Assembly (NCBI GenBank): GCA_022143435.1
Contig: GCA_022143435.1_3941.1
Length of the DNA stretch: 64,000 bases
Reading direction: 5' to 3' (one strand)
From: a phage
The position numbers and the translations under genes are program-made. The notes under the pieces are model-generated. The model saw only the letters and a program-made list of their open reading frames with translations, did no database searches and was not told where the DNA came from. This document shows positions 46,334-55,969 of the stretch, in pieces. Position 1 is the stretch's first letter, and every line of letters begins with the position of its first letter.

Positions 46334-47749
46334 TTACCAGATATAACGGTCAATCATTACTGCTTTGAGCATTACGCTGATTGGGTCAAACTTCTCACCA
46401 CCAAGCAAAGCTTTTAAAGTGGCTGGAGAGAACCCTGATACCATTGCTACACCGTTATCCTTAACAGACACTTCGCAAGTACCATTACGGTTTGCTAAGT
46501 ACCAGAATACCAGTTGTGGCATCTCATATCCAGCTTTCTTGTACTTGCTCTGAATTGCTTCAAAGTTTGTACGACCGTTAGCTCCATCAACCTGATTGAA
46601 CTCCATATCGGAGAAGATGATAAGCTTACTTGGCATATCTTCCTGAGTCAAGTTGTTTCTCTTACCTATCTCAAGAATGCGGTCAAAAGCTGCTTGTAAG
46701 TTGGTTGAGCCATATTCAACGTGTCGCATCACCTGACGATGACGGTTTCGTAAATCACCACTCAGTTCGATGAAGTGAGGGTTTGTTGAATAAACCATCA
46801 ACTCATCCTTAAAGCAACCTGTATTGCGTTCTGCTACATACAAGGCAAGTGATACACCAATATCAAGAGCAGTAATGGAGCCAAAATTCACCCAAGACAT
46901 TGAGCTTGAAACATCAGTCATACATAAGATGTTTTCACCTTCTGCCATCCAGTTTGGTAGTGCTTTCCACTGCTCATTAGCAACATCTGCATTACCATGC
47001 TTGACAGATTTAATCACATCGTATGGGTAAACAGCACCAGCATTAATCTTAGCCTCACCCTTTGATAAGGACTCGATGTAAGCTTTGTAGCGTTCTCCAT
47101 CTTTACGGTTAAACAGTTTTTGGTAACGTGCAGCAGCAAGTGAAGGAATCTTACTGTAGTCAATCTTACCAAACTCATTAGCAGAGATTTTTTGCTCAAC
47201 TGTATCAGATAGTGCAGACAACAGTGTGCGGTACTCTTTCTCACTCAGGTTGGCAAATTTGCAGAAACGTTTTACAAACTGTTTATGACGTGGTTTGACT
47301 CGTGGTAACCACTTAGCTGCCAAACCTGCTGTTGCAGGGTCTAGTAATGCCGCTTCTAAATGTTTGAAGGCATCTGTCTCGAAACGAGTACCTACGAAGA
47401 TTTTGAAGTCATCAAAACGACCAAGTTCTGCAATCTTATCCATAATGCGAAGAACCTGTGTAGGCTCTAAAACTTTATCTTCAATTGCTTGAAGCAAAAC
47501 AGTTCTGAAGGCTTTACGCTCACCCATACCTTCTCGTACATCTCGCATATGAAGCAAAATACGAACTGCAACATCAACATCCTCACGCAAAGCTTTGTAG
47601 AACAAGTCTGGTAAGATTTCTACATTGCTACGGCTCGAACCAGCAGCTTTGTAAAAGTCCACAAGAGCAGACATTGATGAAGTATGGTTTACAGCACCAT
47701 TTTCAGTTCGACCTGCATGAAGGTGCGCATGTTTGAATAATTCGCTCAT
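46334..47749 (-). CDS. vWA-domain protein with about 270-aa helical N-terminal domain
   Basis: MIDAS-type motif NILCMTDVSSSMSW and later LIIFSDMEF; architecture recalls TROVE+vWA (Ro60-like) proteins (inference). Confidence 0.6.
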   Translation of the reverse strand: MSELFKHAHLHAGRTENGAVNHTSSMSALVDFYKAAGSSRSNVEILPDLFYKALREDVDVAVRILLHMRDVREGMGERKAFRTVLLQAIEDKVLEPTQVLRIMDKIAELGRFDDFKIFVGTRFETDAFKHLEAALLDPATAGLAAKWLPRVKPRHKQFVKRFCKFANLSEKEYRTLLSALSDTVEQKISANEFGKIDYSKIPSLAAARYQKLFNRKDGERYKAYIESLSKGEAKINAGAVYPYDVIKSVKHGNADVANEQWKALPNWMAEGENILCMTDVSSSMSWVNFGSITALDIGVSLALYVAERNTGCFKDELMVYSTNPHFIELSGDLRNRHRQVMRHVEYGSTNLQAAFDRILEIGKRNNLTQEDMPSKLIIFSDMEFNQVDGANGRTNFEAIQSKYKKAGYEMPQLVFWYLANRNGTCEVSVKDNGVAMVSGFSPATLKALLGGEKFDPISVMLKAVMIDRYIW

Positions 47750-47831
47750 ATTTTACTCTCTTCTCTCATTTTGTTTGTTGATGTGACAGACTTTAGAGCA
47801 ACTTTGTAGAGTCTGTCAACACCTTTTAAAA

Positions 47832-48203
47832 TTATTTTTTGAGAGTCGCTACAGCAGAGAACGTTGGTTTGTTATCTGTCTGAGACTGACCACCATTATC
47901 AGGGGTCTTCTTAGTGTCTGCTGCAATCGCTTTCATCTCACCTGCTGAGTGAGTCATGATGGTTTTACCAGCCTCCATCATCGACTTCAGGTTTACATCG
48001 TCAGTCGTCAAACCGAACTCTGCAAGCTTAGCAGCATCCCTTGTAACAACCGCCTCAAACAACTTTGCAGCAAACTCAGCAGAATTATCAATGGTCAGTT
48101 GAGCTTTTACAAGTGAGCTTTTGTTACGAGAGCCTTTTGGTCTTCCAGATGGGTTTCCAGACTGGCCTTTTTTAAACTGGCCTTTGTTTGTTCTGTTTTT
48201 CAT
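47832..48203 (-). CDS. hypothetical protein with basic Gly-Pro-rich N-terminus
   Basis: N-terminus KGQFKKGQSGNPSGRPKGSRNK. Confidence 0.45.
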   Translation of the reverse strand: MKNRTNKGQFKKGQSGNPSGRPKGSRNKSSLVKAQLTIDNSAEFAAKLFEAVVTRDAAKLAEFGLTTDDVNLKSMMEAGKTIMTHSAGEMKAIAADTKKTPDNGGQSQTDNKPTFSAVATLKK

Positions 48204-48452
48204 TGGTATGCCTCTTATAAGACCTCTTAAAAGGCTTTTAAGATAAAAGATAGATATCCAGAAAGATATCTGTTTAAATAGCCTTTTTAGAGGAACCTTT
48301 TAAGTTATCTTCTAAGTATTTATAAGCCTATACCTTGTCAAGTACTTTGTCAACAACTTTTTTAACTTGCAATAGTTCTTGACTTGTTGTATGGATTACT
48401 GTACCATCTTACTTAAAGCTGTAGGTCTGCCTTGTTCTACAAAGGAGACTTA

Positions 48453-48614
48453 ATGAGAAAATCAAATAAACCGAAGAAAGGTAAGAATACCAATCACTGT
48501 AAGGAATCAAAAAGGGTAGAATTAATCTACTATTCGTCCTCTGAAATTGGTCTGTACCTGTTCTTTCAAAATTACAGAAGACAAGAGGATTATCTATGTG
48601 TAGTTCCCAATTAG
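48453..48614 (+). CDS. hypothetical small protein
   Basis: ATG 48453 with AAGGAG RBS; short. Confidence 0.3.
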   Translation: MRKSNKPKKGKNTNHCKESKRVELIYYSSSEIGLYLFFQNYRRQEDYLCVVPN

Positions 48615-48829
48615 AAATCGCAGATATTATAGATTTATATCAAACTGCAAAGAGTCATGGCTATATAACCTCAATTGGAAAGAATAGTCACTATGATGCT
48701 TTGACTGGAATGTATTTCAGGGCAATGGCTCAATCTAGTGAACAACACTTAATGGTTTCTTCCAGTGAGTTTACTTCGTTTCTCTATTGCAGCAAGATTA
48801 TAAACCGCAGGAGAACTGAAAAATGTTAA
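48596..48829 (+). CDS. hypothetical protein
   Basis: 77-aa ORF. Confidence 0.35.
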   Translation: MCSSQLEIADIIDLYQTAKSHGYITSIGKNSHYDALTGMYFRAMAQSSEQHLMVSSSEFTSFLYCSKIINRRRTEKC

Positions 48830-49413
48830 CAGTAAGTTTTAATTACAATAGTGATGGCTCTGTATCAATTAATTCACCATATGCAAATGACCTTCTTAAA
48901 GAGCTAGTTAATCAGTGTGATAGAGGTCTTCACTATGTTCAAAATTCTTTTAAACAGAAGACTATTGCTAATAACTTGATGCGTGTAACAGTGACGGCAT
49001 CGAATCCAAATTATGACTTTGATAGTGAAAGTCCGTACTCATTAGTTGCGCTTGGAGAGAGCAGCCAATTCAAACTTGTTTGCCACGACTCAGAAACATT
49101 CCTTAAGGTATTTTCCAACCTTATTCATAATAATAAGTACAGCTACGTCGATGGTAGTGTAAATTTCTATCCAGCAAACTATACATGTTTGTTGGTTGAT
49201 AATATGAGAAAAAGTAAGCAAGAGCCTACAGAAATTTCATTTGATGTAAACTCTAGCCCAGACGCAGAAACAAGTAAGAACTTTGATATGAGCTACGCAT
49301 TGTCACTCAGTAAGAAATCCGAGTTCATTGATTATGTCAATGGATTTGGTTTTAAGTTTGATGAGAGTATGAATCTTAAAAAACTTAAGAACCTACTTAA
49401 GACCAAAGCTTAA
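48823..49413 (+). CDS. hypothetical protein
   Basis: 196-aa ORF. Confidence 0.45.
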   Translation: MLTVSFNYNSDGSVSINSPYANDLLKELVNQCDRGLHYVQNSFKQKTIANNLMRVTVTASNPNYDFDSESPYSLVALGESSQFKLVCHDSETFLKVFSNLIHNNKYSYVDGSVNFYPANYTCLLVDNMRKSKQEPTEISFDVNSSPDAETSKNFDMSYALSLSKKSEFIDYVNGFGFKFDESMNLKKLKNLLKTKA

Positions 49414-49460
49414 GTGTGAATAGGGGCTGATGCCCCTTTAACTATTTATAAGGTTATTTA

Positions 49461-49832
49461 ATGAAAGCTAAGAGTGCAAAAGACTTTTATTGCTTCCTAC
49501 AATCCTATATCAATTCCGTGCAAAATGGTGAAAGGTACAACCTTAATGATGTTATCCCAACACCTTTGACATGGAGACTCAGCAAATGGCCTGAAGAAGA
49601 TATTACACCAACAAGCGAACAGCGTACCTACAAACCTGAAATCAATATTCCAGATTCTGAGAACCTATTATACCCAATGTTCCATATTGTTGGACTTGGA
49701 AGATTCCTTATGGATATCCAGTATGTAATTGGTAAAGGTTATAAGGTTAAAGGTATTGTTGTTGGTGATGTATCTCCGCATCACAAAGGTTATTTTAGAC
49801 TAAACGCACATTTAGAGGCTAAAAAGAAATGA
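49461..49832 (+). CDS. hypothetical protein, paralogous to N-terminal domain of next gene
   Basis: Shared motifs YKP and FMDLQYVI with 49829-50659. Confidence 0.45.
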   Translation: MKAKSAKDFYCFLQSYINSVQNGERYNLNDVIPTPLTWRLSKWPEEDITPTSEQRTYKPEINIPDSENLLYPMFHIVGLGRFLMDIQYVIGKGYKVKGIVVGDVSPHHKGYFRLNAHLEAKKK

Positions 49833-50659
49833 TTAAAGCAAAGACTTACCCAGACTTCAAAGAGTTTGTGAAGGGCTTCGTTGAAAATGTAAAGGCTGGT
49901 AAGAGATATGATTTTAGAACATATCAGGAGGCTATTTTACCGCTTACCTATAGTTCGTATTGGCCTGAAGCTGATATTGCAGAAGTTGAGAAGTTTGACT
50001 ACAAACCAGACTACAAAGTTCCATTTAGTGATGAGTTGCTTTACAGCGTTGGTGCTCAAATGAGAACTTCTGACTTCTTCATGGATTTGCAGTATGTAAT
50101 CATCAATGGTAAAGATGTTGACACAATTTACTGTGAATGGTTGGCAAGAGTTAAGCCTTTCTCAATGTTGAATGCTAAGTTGAAGGATGCTATTAAGCCA
50201 CCAGCAATTACTCAGCAACCAACAGGTCAAACAGTCAATGAGGGTGGCACACTTACTCTAAGCATTCTAGCAACTAACGCCACTGGATATCAGTGGAAGA
50301 AGGATGGTGAGGACATCCCTAGTGCCAATTCTGCAACTTACACAAAACAGTCAGTAGCACCTTCTGACGCTGGTTCATACACTTGTGTTGTATCTGGAGA
50401 GGGTGGAACAAGTGTTACCTCAGATACAGCAACAGTGACTGTGAACGCACTACCTGTGATTACACAACAACCTTCTAGCCAGACCATCAATGAGGGTGGA
50501 AACATCAACTTGGAAGTGACTGCAACTACTGCAACTTACACCAAAGAAGGTGCAACCGCTGCTGATGCAGGAAGCTACACTTGTGTAGTTACTGGTGCAG
50601 GTGGCTCTGTAACATCTAATGCGGCAACAGTTACAGTTAACCCAGCAGAGGAGGCATAA
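49829..50659 (+). CDS. protein with two C-terminal Ig-like domains
   Basis: Tandem repeats ITQQP...NEGG...GSYTCVV...TVTVN (Ig-like Y-x-C signature). Confidence 0.55.
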   Translation: MIKAKTYPDFKEFVKGFVENVKAGKRYDFRTYQEAILPLTYSSYWPEADIAEVEKFDYKPDYKVPFSDELLYSVGAQMRTSDFFMDLQYVIINGKDVDTIYCEWLARVKPFSMLNAKLKDAIKPPAITQQPTGQTVNEGGTLTLSILATNATGYQWKKDGEDIPSANSATYTKQSVAPSDAGSYTCVVSGEGGTSVTSDTATVTVNALPVITQQPSSQTINEGGNINLEVTATTATYTKEGATAADAGSYTCVVTGAGGSVTSNAATVTVNPAEEA

Positions 50660-51123
50660 TGCAACTCTCAAGAAAAGGTTTAGATGCTATTAAGTTCTTC
50701 GAAGGTCTGAAGTTAGAGGCTTACGAAGACTCTGCCGGAATCCCAACAATCGGGTATGGGACAATCCGTATTGACGGAAAACCTGTTAAGATGGGTATGA
50801 AAATTACTGCTGAACAAGCTGAACAGTATCTTCTCGCAGATGTTGAAAAGTTCGTTGCAGCAGTGAACAAATCCATCAAGGTTCCAACTTCTCAGAATGA
50901 GTTCGATGCACTTGTAAGTGAAACATACAACATCGGTATCACAGCTATGCAGGATTCTACATTTATCAAGCGCCACAATGCTGGTAATAAGGTAGGTTGT
51001 GCAGAAGCTATGCAGTGGTGGAACAAGGTTACAGTCAAAGGTCAGAAGGTCACTTCAAACGGCCTGAAAAACAGACGTAGAATGGAAGCTGACATTTATC
51101 TTGACAGTGTATATCCAAAGTAA
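50659..51123 (+). CDS. lysozyme (GH24, T4 e-like) endolysin
   Basis: Catalytic region EGLKLEAYEDSAGIPTIGYG (Glu-Asp-Thr triad spacing). Confidence 0.85.
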   Translation: MQLSRKGLDAIKFFEGLKLEAYEDSAGIPTIGYGTIRIDGKPVKMGMKITAEQAEQYLLADVEKFVAAVNKSIKVPTSQNEFDALVSETYNIGITAMQDSTFIKRHNAGNKVGCAEAMQWWNKVTVKGQKVTSNGLKNRRRMEADIYLDSVYPK

Positions 51124-51132
51124 TATCTTCAT

Positions 51133-51156
51133 AGGCTCCTTCGGGAGCCTTTTTTA
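51133..51156 (+). terminator. rho-independent terminator
   Basis: AGGCTCC-TTCG-GGAGCCT followed by TTTTT. Confidence 0.75.
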
Positions 51157-51174
51157 TTTTATAAGGAGAAAACT

Positions 51175-51573
51175 ATGAAACTTTGGGCTAGTGACTTTGG
51201 AACTTTTAAGTACACTCGTAATGGCTCAATGGTGAGAATCATTGGGAGTAACGTTGTTACAGTTGGAGATAGGGTACATACAAGGTTTACTGTTGAGTTA
51301 GCTGAGCTATCGCCTATTGAATCTGCTAACAATGGACTGTTCAAGTTTGAGACTTACCATGTAAATGAACACGGGCAGTTTAATACTCTAGGGGAAAGTG
51401 GTCTTGATATTATTTCAGAACACCCCTTGACAAGAGAGCAACTTGCAGGTTACTATAAAACCATTCTTGAAAGAACTTTGGCGACACATGAGAATGAAGC
51501 CAGATATCACATTGAACGGTGTGAAGTCCTAAAAGCGAAAATCGAACAAGCAGAGAGAGGTTTTTATGAATAA
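51175..51573 (+). CDS. hypothetical protein
   Basis: 132-aa ORF. Confidence 0.45.
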   Translation: MKLWASDFGTFKYTRNGSMVRIIGSNVVTVGDRVHTRFTVELAELSPIESANNGLFKFETYHVNEHGQFNTLGESGLDIISEHPLTREQLAGYYKTILERTLATHENEARYHIERCEVLKAKIEQAERGFYE

Positions 51574-51961
51574 TAGCAGTCATATCCACGTTAAAGTTGA
51601 TGTCAGTCGTTACAGTGAAAATGAAGAATTAGACCTGCAAGATGCTCTTCTCTTTGAGAAGAATGGTAATCTTCATTTGCATTTTGAAGGTACAAACACA
51701 TATCTCCACAGATGTCGAGATGATGCAGATGGTTGTCCTGTTTTTGCTTGGTATAATTTAGAGTTCCCTCTTTACGCAATCCACTACCCAGATGGTGGAG
51801 AAGACTGGACAACTCAATCAATCTTTGATGAGCTTAATGGTGTTCCAGTTGAGCAAGAAGAGCAAGAGCCTGTTGAACTCACCTTCACTTTTATCAAAGA
51901 AGAGAAAGTGGGTGATTTGTCAGTAACTGAAGCAATTCAAGTCTCACAGGTTATTCGTTAA
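51566..51961 (+). CDS. hypothetical protein
   Basis: 131-aa ORF. Confidence 0.45.
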   Translation: MNNSSHIHVKVDVSRYSENEELDLQDALLFEKNGNLHLHFEGTNTYLHRCRDDADGCPVFAWYNLEFPLYAIHYPDGGEDWTTQSIFDELNGVPVEQEEQEPVELTFTFIKEEKVGDLSVTEAIQVSQVIR

Positions 51962-52254
51962 TGAGTAAAGTACAGGTTGTTTTCCCTATTTGTGACTTCT
52001 CACTAGAGCGTGAACTTGACCTGTACGAAGAAATTACTGACGAAATTATCTGGTCTGTTGTAGAAGAGGCTATCAAGAAACTGTATGGTGGCCTCTTAAA
52101 CCCATCAAGTAAGAAGTTAAGCACTAAGCAAGTAGCTGACCCATATGTTTCATATGATGCCTACAACAAACCTTTTGAGAATACCTGCTTTGACCTTATG
52201 GTAGGTAATAACAAAGTCAACTATTTCTTCGTCAGAGAGTTTAACGATGAGTAA
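51961..52254 (+). CDS. hypothetical protein
   Basis: 97-aa ORF. Confidence 0.45.
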   Translation: MSKVQVVFPICDFSLERELDLYEEITDEIIWSVVEEAIKKLYGGLLNPSSKKLSTKQVADPYVSYDAYNKPFENTCFDLMVGNNKVNYFFVREFNDE

Positions 52255-52341
52255 GCTCCATGTCACAGTGTACAAAAACTTCTCAGATATCAAAGAGTCT
52301 TTAACAAATAAGCTTGACTTACAACGTAAAGACTCTTTTTA

Positions 52342-52590
52342 ATGTACGACATAGACAACTACAACCACCCTAAAGAGTTTAACTACAAAGATGGTACAAA
52401 GGTTGTTGAGTTTGAAGATTCTGTAACGGTATATGTAAAATATGACTTACCAGCAAAGTACATAGGGATGTTAGAGTATTACATATTCAAACATACTGGT
52501 ATGCGTGGTGAATCTGTCAAGATATCTTCTATAGAAGTTTTTGAGAAACCTAACACACAACTTAAAAAGTATTTAATGAGGAAACTGTAA
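52342..52590 (+). CDS. hypothetical protein
   Basis: 82-aa ORF. Confidence 0.45.
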   Translation: MYDIDNYNHPKEFNYKDGTKVVEFEDSVTVYVKYDLPAKYIGMLEYYIFKHTGMRGESVKISSIEVFEKPNTQLKKYLMRKL

Positions 52591-53171
52591 TGTCCGAAGA
52601 GCAACAGAATATTACTCCACAAGTAACACTGGTACAACATTTTGGAAACATTGAAGGGTGTATTGCACTTTTTCAACCAAGCATCAACTCCCCTGCAAAA
52701 GTTTGTAAGTTGACTATGAATGTTAACAACATCAGTGTTTGCCTTGTTGATGAAGTTCAATATTTCAAGTTCAATGACAGAGAGGTTGATGCTGCACTAT
52801 TGAAGTATCGAGCAAACCTCGAAAAAGACATCGACCACAAAGAACTTGTAACACTGTTTGGTGACCTTCACAAGCTTCTTGAAAAGGTTATGAAGCGCAC
52901 ATACTACATGAACAACGGTTCAATCATCACCACTTTGATTTCACCATGTATTTCAGAGCCAATTTTAACTGATGACGGTGGATACTACGTGGTAGCATCA
53001 GCAGATTCTGATTGGTGGATGAAGAACACAGCACTTAAAACAGTGATTGAGGCTATCCGCGAACATATCCCTTCATTCAGCCCGTGGAAAGGTAAAGGCG
53101 ACGAATTTATCGCACTATTGAGTGAAGAGAGTAACAAACGTAGCGCATTACTGCCTAAAAAATACTCTTGA
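52590..53171 (+). CDS. hypothetical protein
   Basis: 193-aa ORF. Confidence 0.45.
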   Translation: MSEEQQNITPQVTLVQHFGNIEGCIALFQPSINSPAKVCKLTMNVNNISVCLVDEVQYFKFNDREVDAALLKYRANLEKDIDHKELVTLFGDLHKLLEKVMKRTYYMNNGSIITTLISPCISEPILTDDGGYYVVASADSDWWMKNTALKTVIEAIREHIPSFSPWKGKGDEFIALLSEESNKRSALLPKKYS

Positions 53172-53254
53172 CCAAATATACAATGTTAACTATGATGGGA
53201 GCTATCGAGAGGTAGTTCCCTTTTTAGTTTCTTAAGAGGATTCGTGGTGAAAGA

Positions 53255-53473
53255 ATGAAAAAGCTAACTACAGTTGAAGATTACTACAAACTGTCCCTGT
53301 TAGAGCAATATCGTAGAAGTCAGAATATAAGAAAGTGCTATGGTAAACACGCTGAAGGTGACTTTTACCGTTGCTACGATGCAGATTTAAAAGGCGTAAC
53401 ACCTAGAGGGAAAGTCCTGCAAAGACTTGTTGACCTTGAGTGGAATAAACGATTGAGAGGGATTGGAAAATGA
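53255..53473 (+). CDS. hypothetical protein
   Basis: 72-aa ORF. Confidence 0.4.
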   Translation: MKKLTTVEDYYKLSLLEQYRRSQNIRKCYGKHAEGDFYRCYDADLKGVTPRGKVLQRLVDLEWNKRLRGIGK

Positions 53474-53973
53474 TTTACGAAGAAAGATATAAGATAGATT
53501 ATCAGGATACTCGTCATCACACCTCTTTGAGAGTAACCAAACCAAATGGGGATACCGGTATCATAGCACACTTTGGTGGTGACTATTGGTACGGTACAGG
53601 TTGCTTTGAAGGCTACACTCAAGAATACTTGAAAGCTTTCTACAGAGACTTTACAAATGACTACAACAGGGTTGTTGAAGAGAAGAATAAGTGCATTAAG
53701 CATGAATACCATGCCAGAGGTTGTCTGAATATTGCTATGATACTGGTTTTCTTCTTAGCAACATTACTAGCCGTATCAGCAATCAGTTACATAGCTCAAG
53801 ATTTAACTATCACACAGATTACTGCAAAGATACACGATATCTGGTACTTGTATGCTGTTCCTTTAGCTGGTATCATCACCTCACTAATAAGGTTCAGAGT
53901 TCATAAGAAACGACTTAAGGACTCTGAGGTTAAACTTGAAGAGGTAAGTAAAGAATGCAACCTACAATTATAG
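53470..53973 (+). CDS. membrane protein (two predicted TM segments)
   Basis: Hydrophobic stretches IAMILVFFLATLLAVSAISYI and YLYAVPLAGIITSLI. Confidence 0.45.
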   Translation: MIYEERYKIDYQDTRHHTSLRVTKPNGDTGIIAHFGGDYWYGTGCFEGYTQEYLKAFYRDFTNDYNRVVEEKNKCIKHEYHARGCLNIAMILVFFLATLLAVSAISYIAQDLTITQITAKIHDIWYLYAVPLAGIITSLIRFRVHKKRLKDSEVKLEEVSKECNLQL

Positions 53974-54049
53974 CTGTATGTGTTCGTTTTGCAATCGCTG
54001 AAATGATTAACAAGGCAATCTTGAAAGATGCCTATGGAGAAACTAAGTA

Positions 54050-54274
54050 ATGATTAAGACACCTGTACCAATTTTTGGATTTCCTTCTATTGAAGAGTTC
54101 AAAGTTTATCTTGACAAAAACTTCTACAATGAGCAGCCTGTTACTTTGCTGAAGAGTGACCTATCAGAGCTTCTTGATATGGTTATCAAGGCAACTTCTG
54201 AGAAGGAACCTGAACAGAAAGCTGAGAAGAAGACTAGTAAGAAATCTGATAAGAAGACTGAAAAGTCTGAGTAA
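54050..54274 (+). CDS. hypothetical protein
   Basis: 74-aa ORF, lysine-rich C-terminus. Confidence 0.4.
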   Translation: MIKTPVPIFGFPSIEEFKVYLDKNFYNEQPVTLLKSDLSELLDMVIKATSEKEPEQKAEKKTSKKSDKKTEKSE

Positions 54275-54327
54275 TAACTTGAGGGGTTACTTGATAGCCC
54301 CTTTGTAGAAACTTAGAAGGTAGCGAA

Positions 54328-54756
54328 ATGAAAGAGCATGTAGGTAAAGAGCTTGACATTGTAGATGCAAAGACACAGAGGTATATAGCTACTGTTAAGT
54401 TTCTTGGAATTAGTGATATGAGTGATTTTTACCCTCTCAATTGCATAGTGCTAGATAAATTTGAGGTTTGTGGTATTAATTTTAATGAGGATAACTTTAT
54501 AAGTTTTGATAAGGACGGTTTCTGGCGTGGTAAGAACCATCCTCAAGCAAATGAGTTTGATATGTGCCTAGTGATACCACAAAAAGGTAATCCACAAAAC
54601 GTAAAAGATATCCTTGTGGAAGCCTATGCAGAAGGTATAATAGATGTTGTGCATGATGTTGAAAAAGCTTTAAAGCTTGTTATGCCGCATTTAGAATCTG
54701 GAAAGCTGACTTTAGAGATGCTTAATAGGGTTATTCGGAGAGCTTATGAAAATTAA
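54328..54756 (+). CDS. hypothetical protein
   Basis: 142-aa ORF. Confidence 0.45.
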   Translation: MKEHVGKELDIVDAKTQRYIATVKFLGISDMSDFYPLNCIVLDKFEVCGINFNEDNFISFDKDGFWRGKNHPQANEFDMCLVIPQKGNPQNVKDILVEAYAEGIIDVVHDVEKALKLVMPHLESGKLTLEMLNRVIRRAYEN

Positions 54757-55210
54757 AGAAGTAGTGCAAAGAGCAATGCTTGACAATTCTACTAAAGATG
54801 AGATGTACACAGAAATTTGTGATAAGTTGAACTGTTCAAGACATGCTGCTAAGGTTCTTGTACATTGTTTTATCTGGGAATGCTCAGAAGCTTATATGAA
54901 ACACGTAGCTTTTGAGAGTTCTCATTTACTCGGTGATGCAAAAATAGGTGTAGCACTAAAAGAGCCTGAGATGAAAACAGTACCTAAAGTTGGTAATGTG
55001 TATAAACTAAAAAATTTTATTACAGGCGAGATTGTTGCAGAAGGTGAAGTGCAACAGGTTTATCATGATGGTAAATATCTGTTTAAGATATTCGAGTATG
55101 ATAGTCGTTACAGACACTTATGTGGTATTACATTTTTAGTTTCAGAGGATGACCTCATCAAGAACAATAGTAATAAATTCGCAGTACCAGAATATCAAGT
55201 TTTACGATAA
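54746..55210 (+). CDS. hypothetical protein
   Basis: 154-aa ORF. Confidence 0.45.
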   Translation: MKIKEVVQRAMLDNSTKDEMYTEICDKLNCSRHAAKVLVHCFIWECSEAYMKHVAFESSHLLGDAKIGVALKEPEMKTVPKVGNVYKLKNFITGEIVAEGEVQQVYHDGKYLFKIFEYDSRYRHLCGITFLVSEDDLIKNNSNKFAVPEYQVLR

Positions 55211-55223
55211 TGGTGTGATATCT

Positions 55224-55772
55224 ATGGAAAAAGATAACTTAAAAGAAGTTGAAGGTAACTACCTAGTACTTGACTGGAGTGATGTTCGAGAAGCACTCTC
55301 TGAAGAAAATCTTGACTGGTTCGAACAAATTATCTTTGCAGTACGGCATAACCGAGAAGTTGAAAATGGTAAAGAGCCACTTGAAGGAATCTTTGTAGAA
55401 AGGTCTTATCCGTTCTATGAAGACACTTTACAGAAAGTTAAAATGTACTTCAGACAGAAGAACCGTAAAGTGGTCACTATGGTATCTCTTGGTGGACAGA
55501 GTATGTCTGTGATGGAAGATATCAACCCTAAGAGACCGAGTAAAGGCGTTTGTATAAAAATCACAGGTCATGAAGAGTACATCTCAGTGGATGATTTTAG
55601 TGTGTTCTGTAATGGTTCTGCTGTCTTTAATGGGTTTCACTATGATATCCGAGTTTACCCAATCAAGGGTGATGATATCATGATGCAGATATTCGATAAT
55701 AACAACGGATTCACTCATTTTTATCAGACAACTAAGTCATCCCTAAAAACAGTTCTGGAAACACTGATTTAA
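55224..55772 (+). CDS. hypothetical protein
   Basis: Start ATG 55224 (track start 55149 overlaps the previous gene). Confidence 0.45.
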   Translation: MEKDNLKEVEGNYLVLDWSDVREALSEENLDWFEQIIFAVRHNREVENGKEPLEGIFVERSYPFYEDTLQKVKMYFRQKNRKVVTMVSLGGQSMSVMEDINPKRPSKGVCIKITGHEEYISVDDFSVFCNGSAVFNGFHYDIRVYPIKGDDIMMQIFDNNNGFTHFYQTTKSSLKTVLETLI

Positions 55773-55783
55773 AATATCTTAAG

Positions 55784-55808
55784 AGCCTCCTTAATTGGGG
55801 GCTTTTTA
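55784..55808 (+). terminator. rho-independent terminator
   Basis: AGCCTCC-TTAATT-GGGGGCT followed by TTTTT. Confidence 0.7.
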
Positions 55809-55969
55809 CTTTTATAAAATTTTATCGGTTGTCCCAACCTCTGGGTCACCATTATGTGTGAACAAAATATCTACCCTTCTTAACAACCTTCTTAATCTTA
55901 CTCTCTATATATAGTTATATAGTACTATATAGTATCTTAGTATCTATCTAGTGGTCTTAATAGCCCCTC

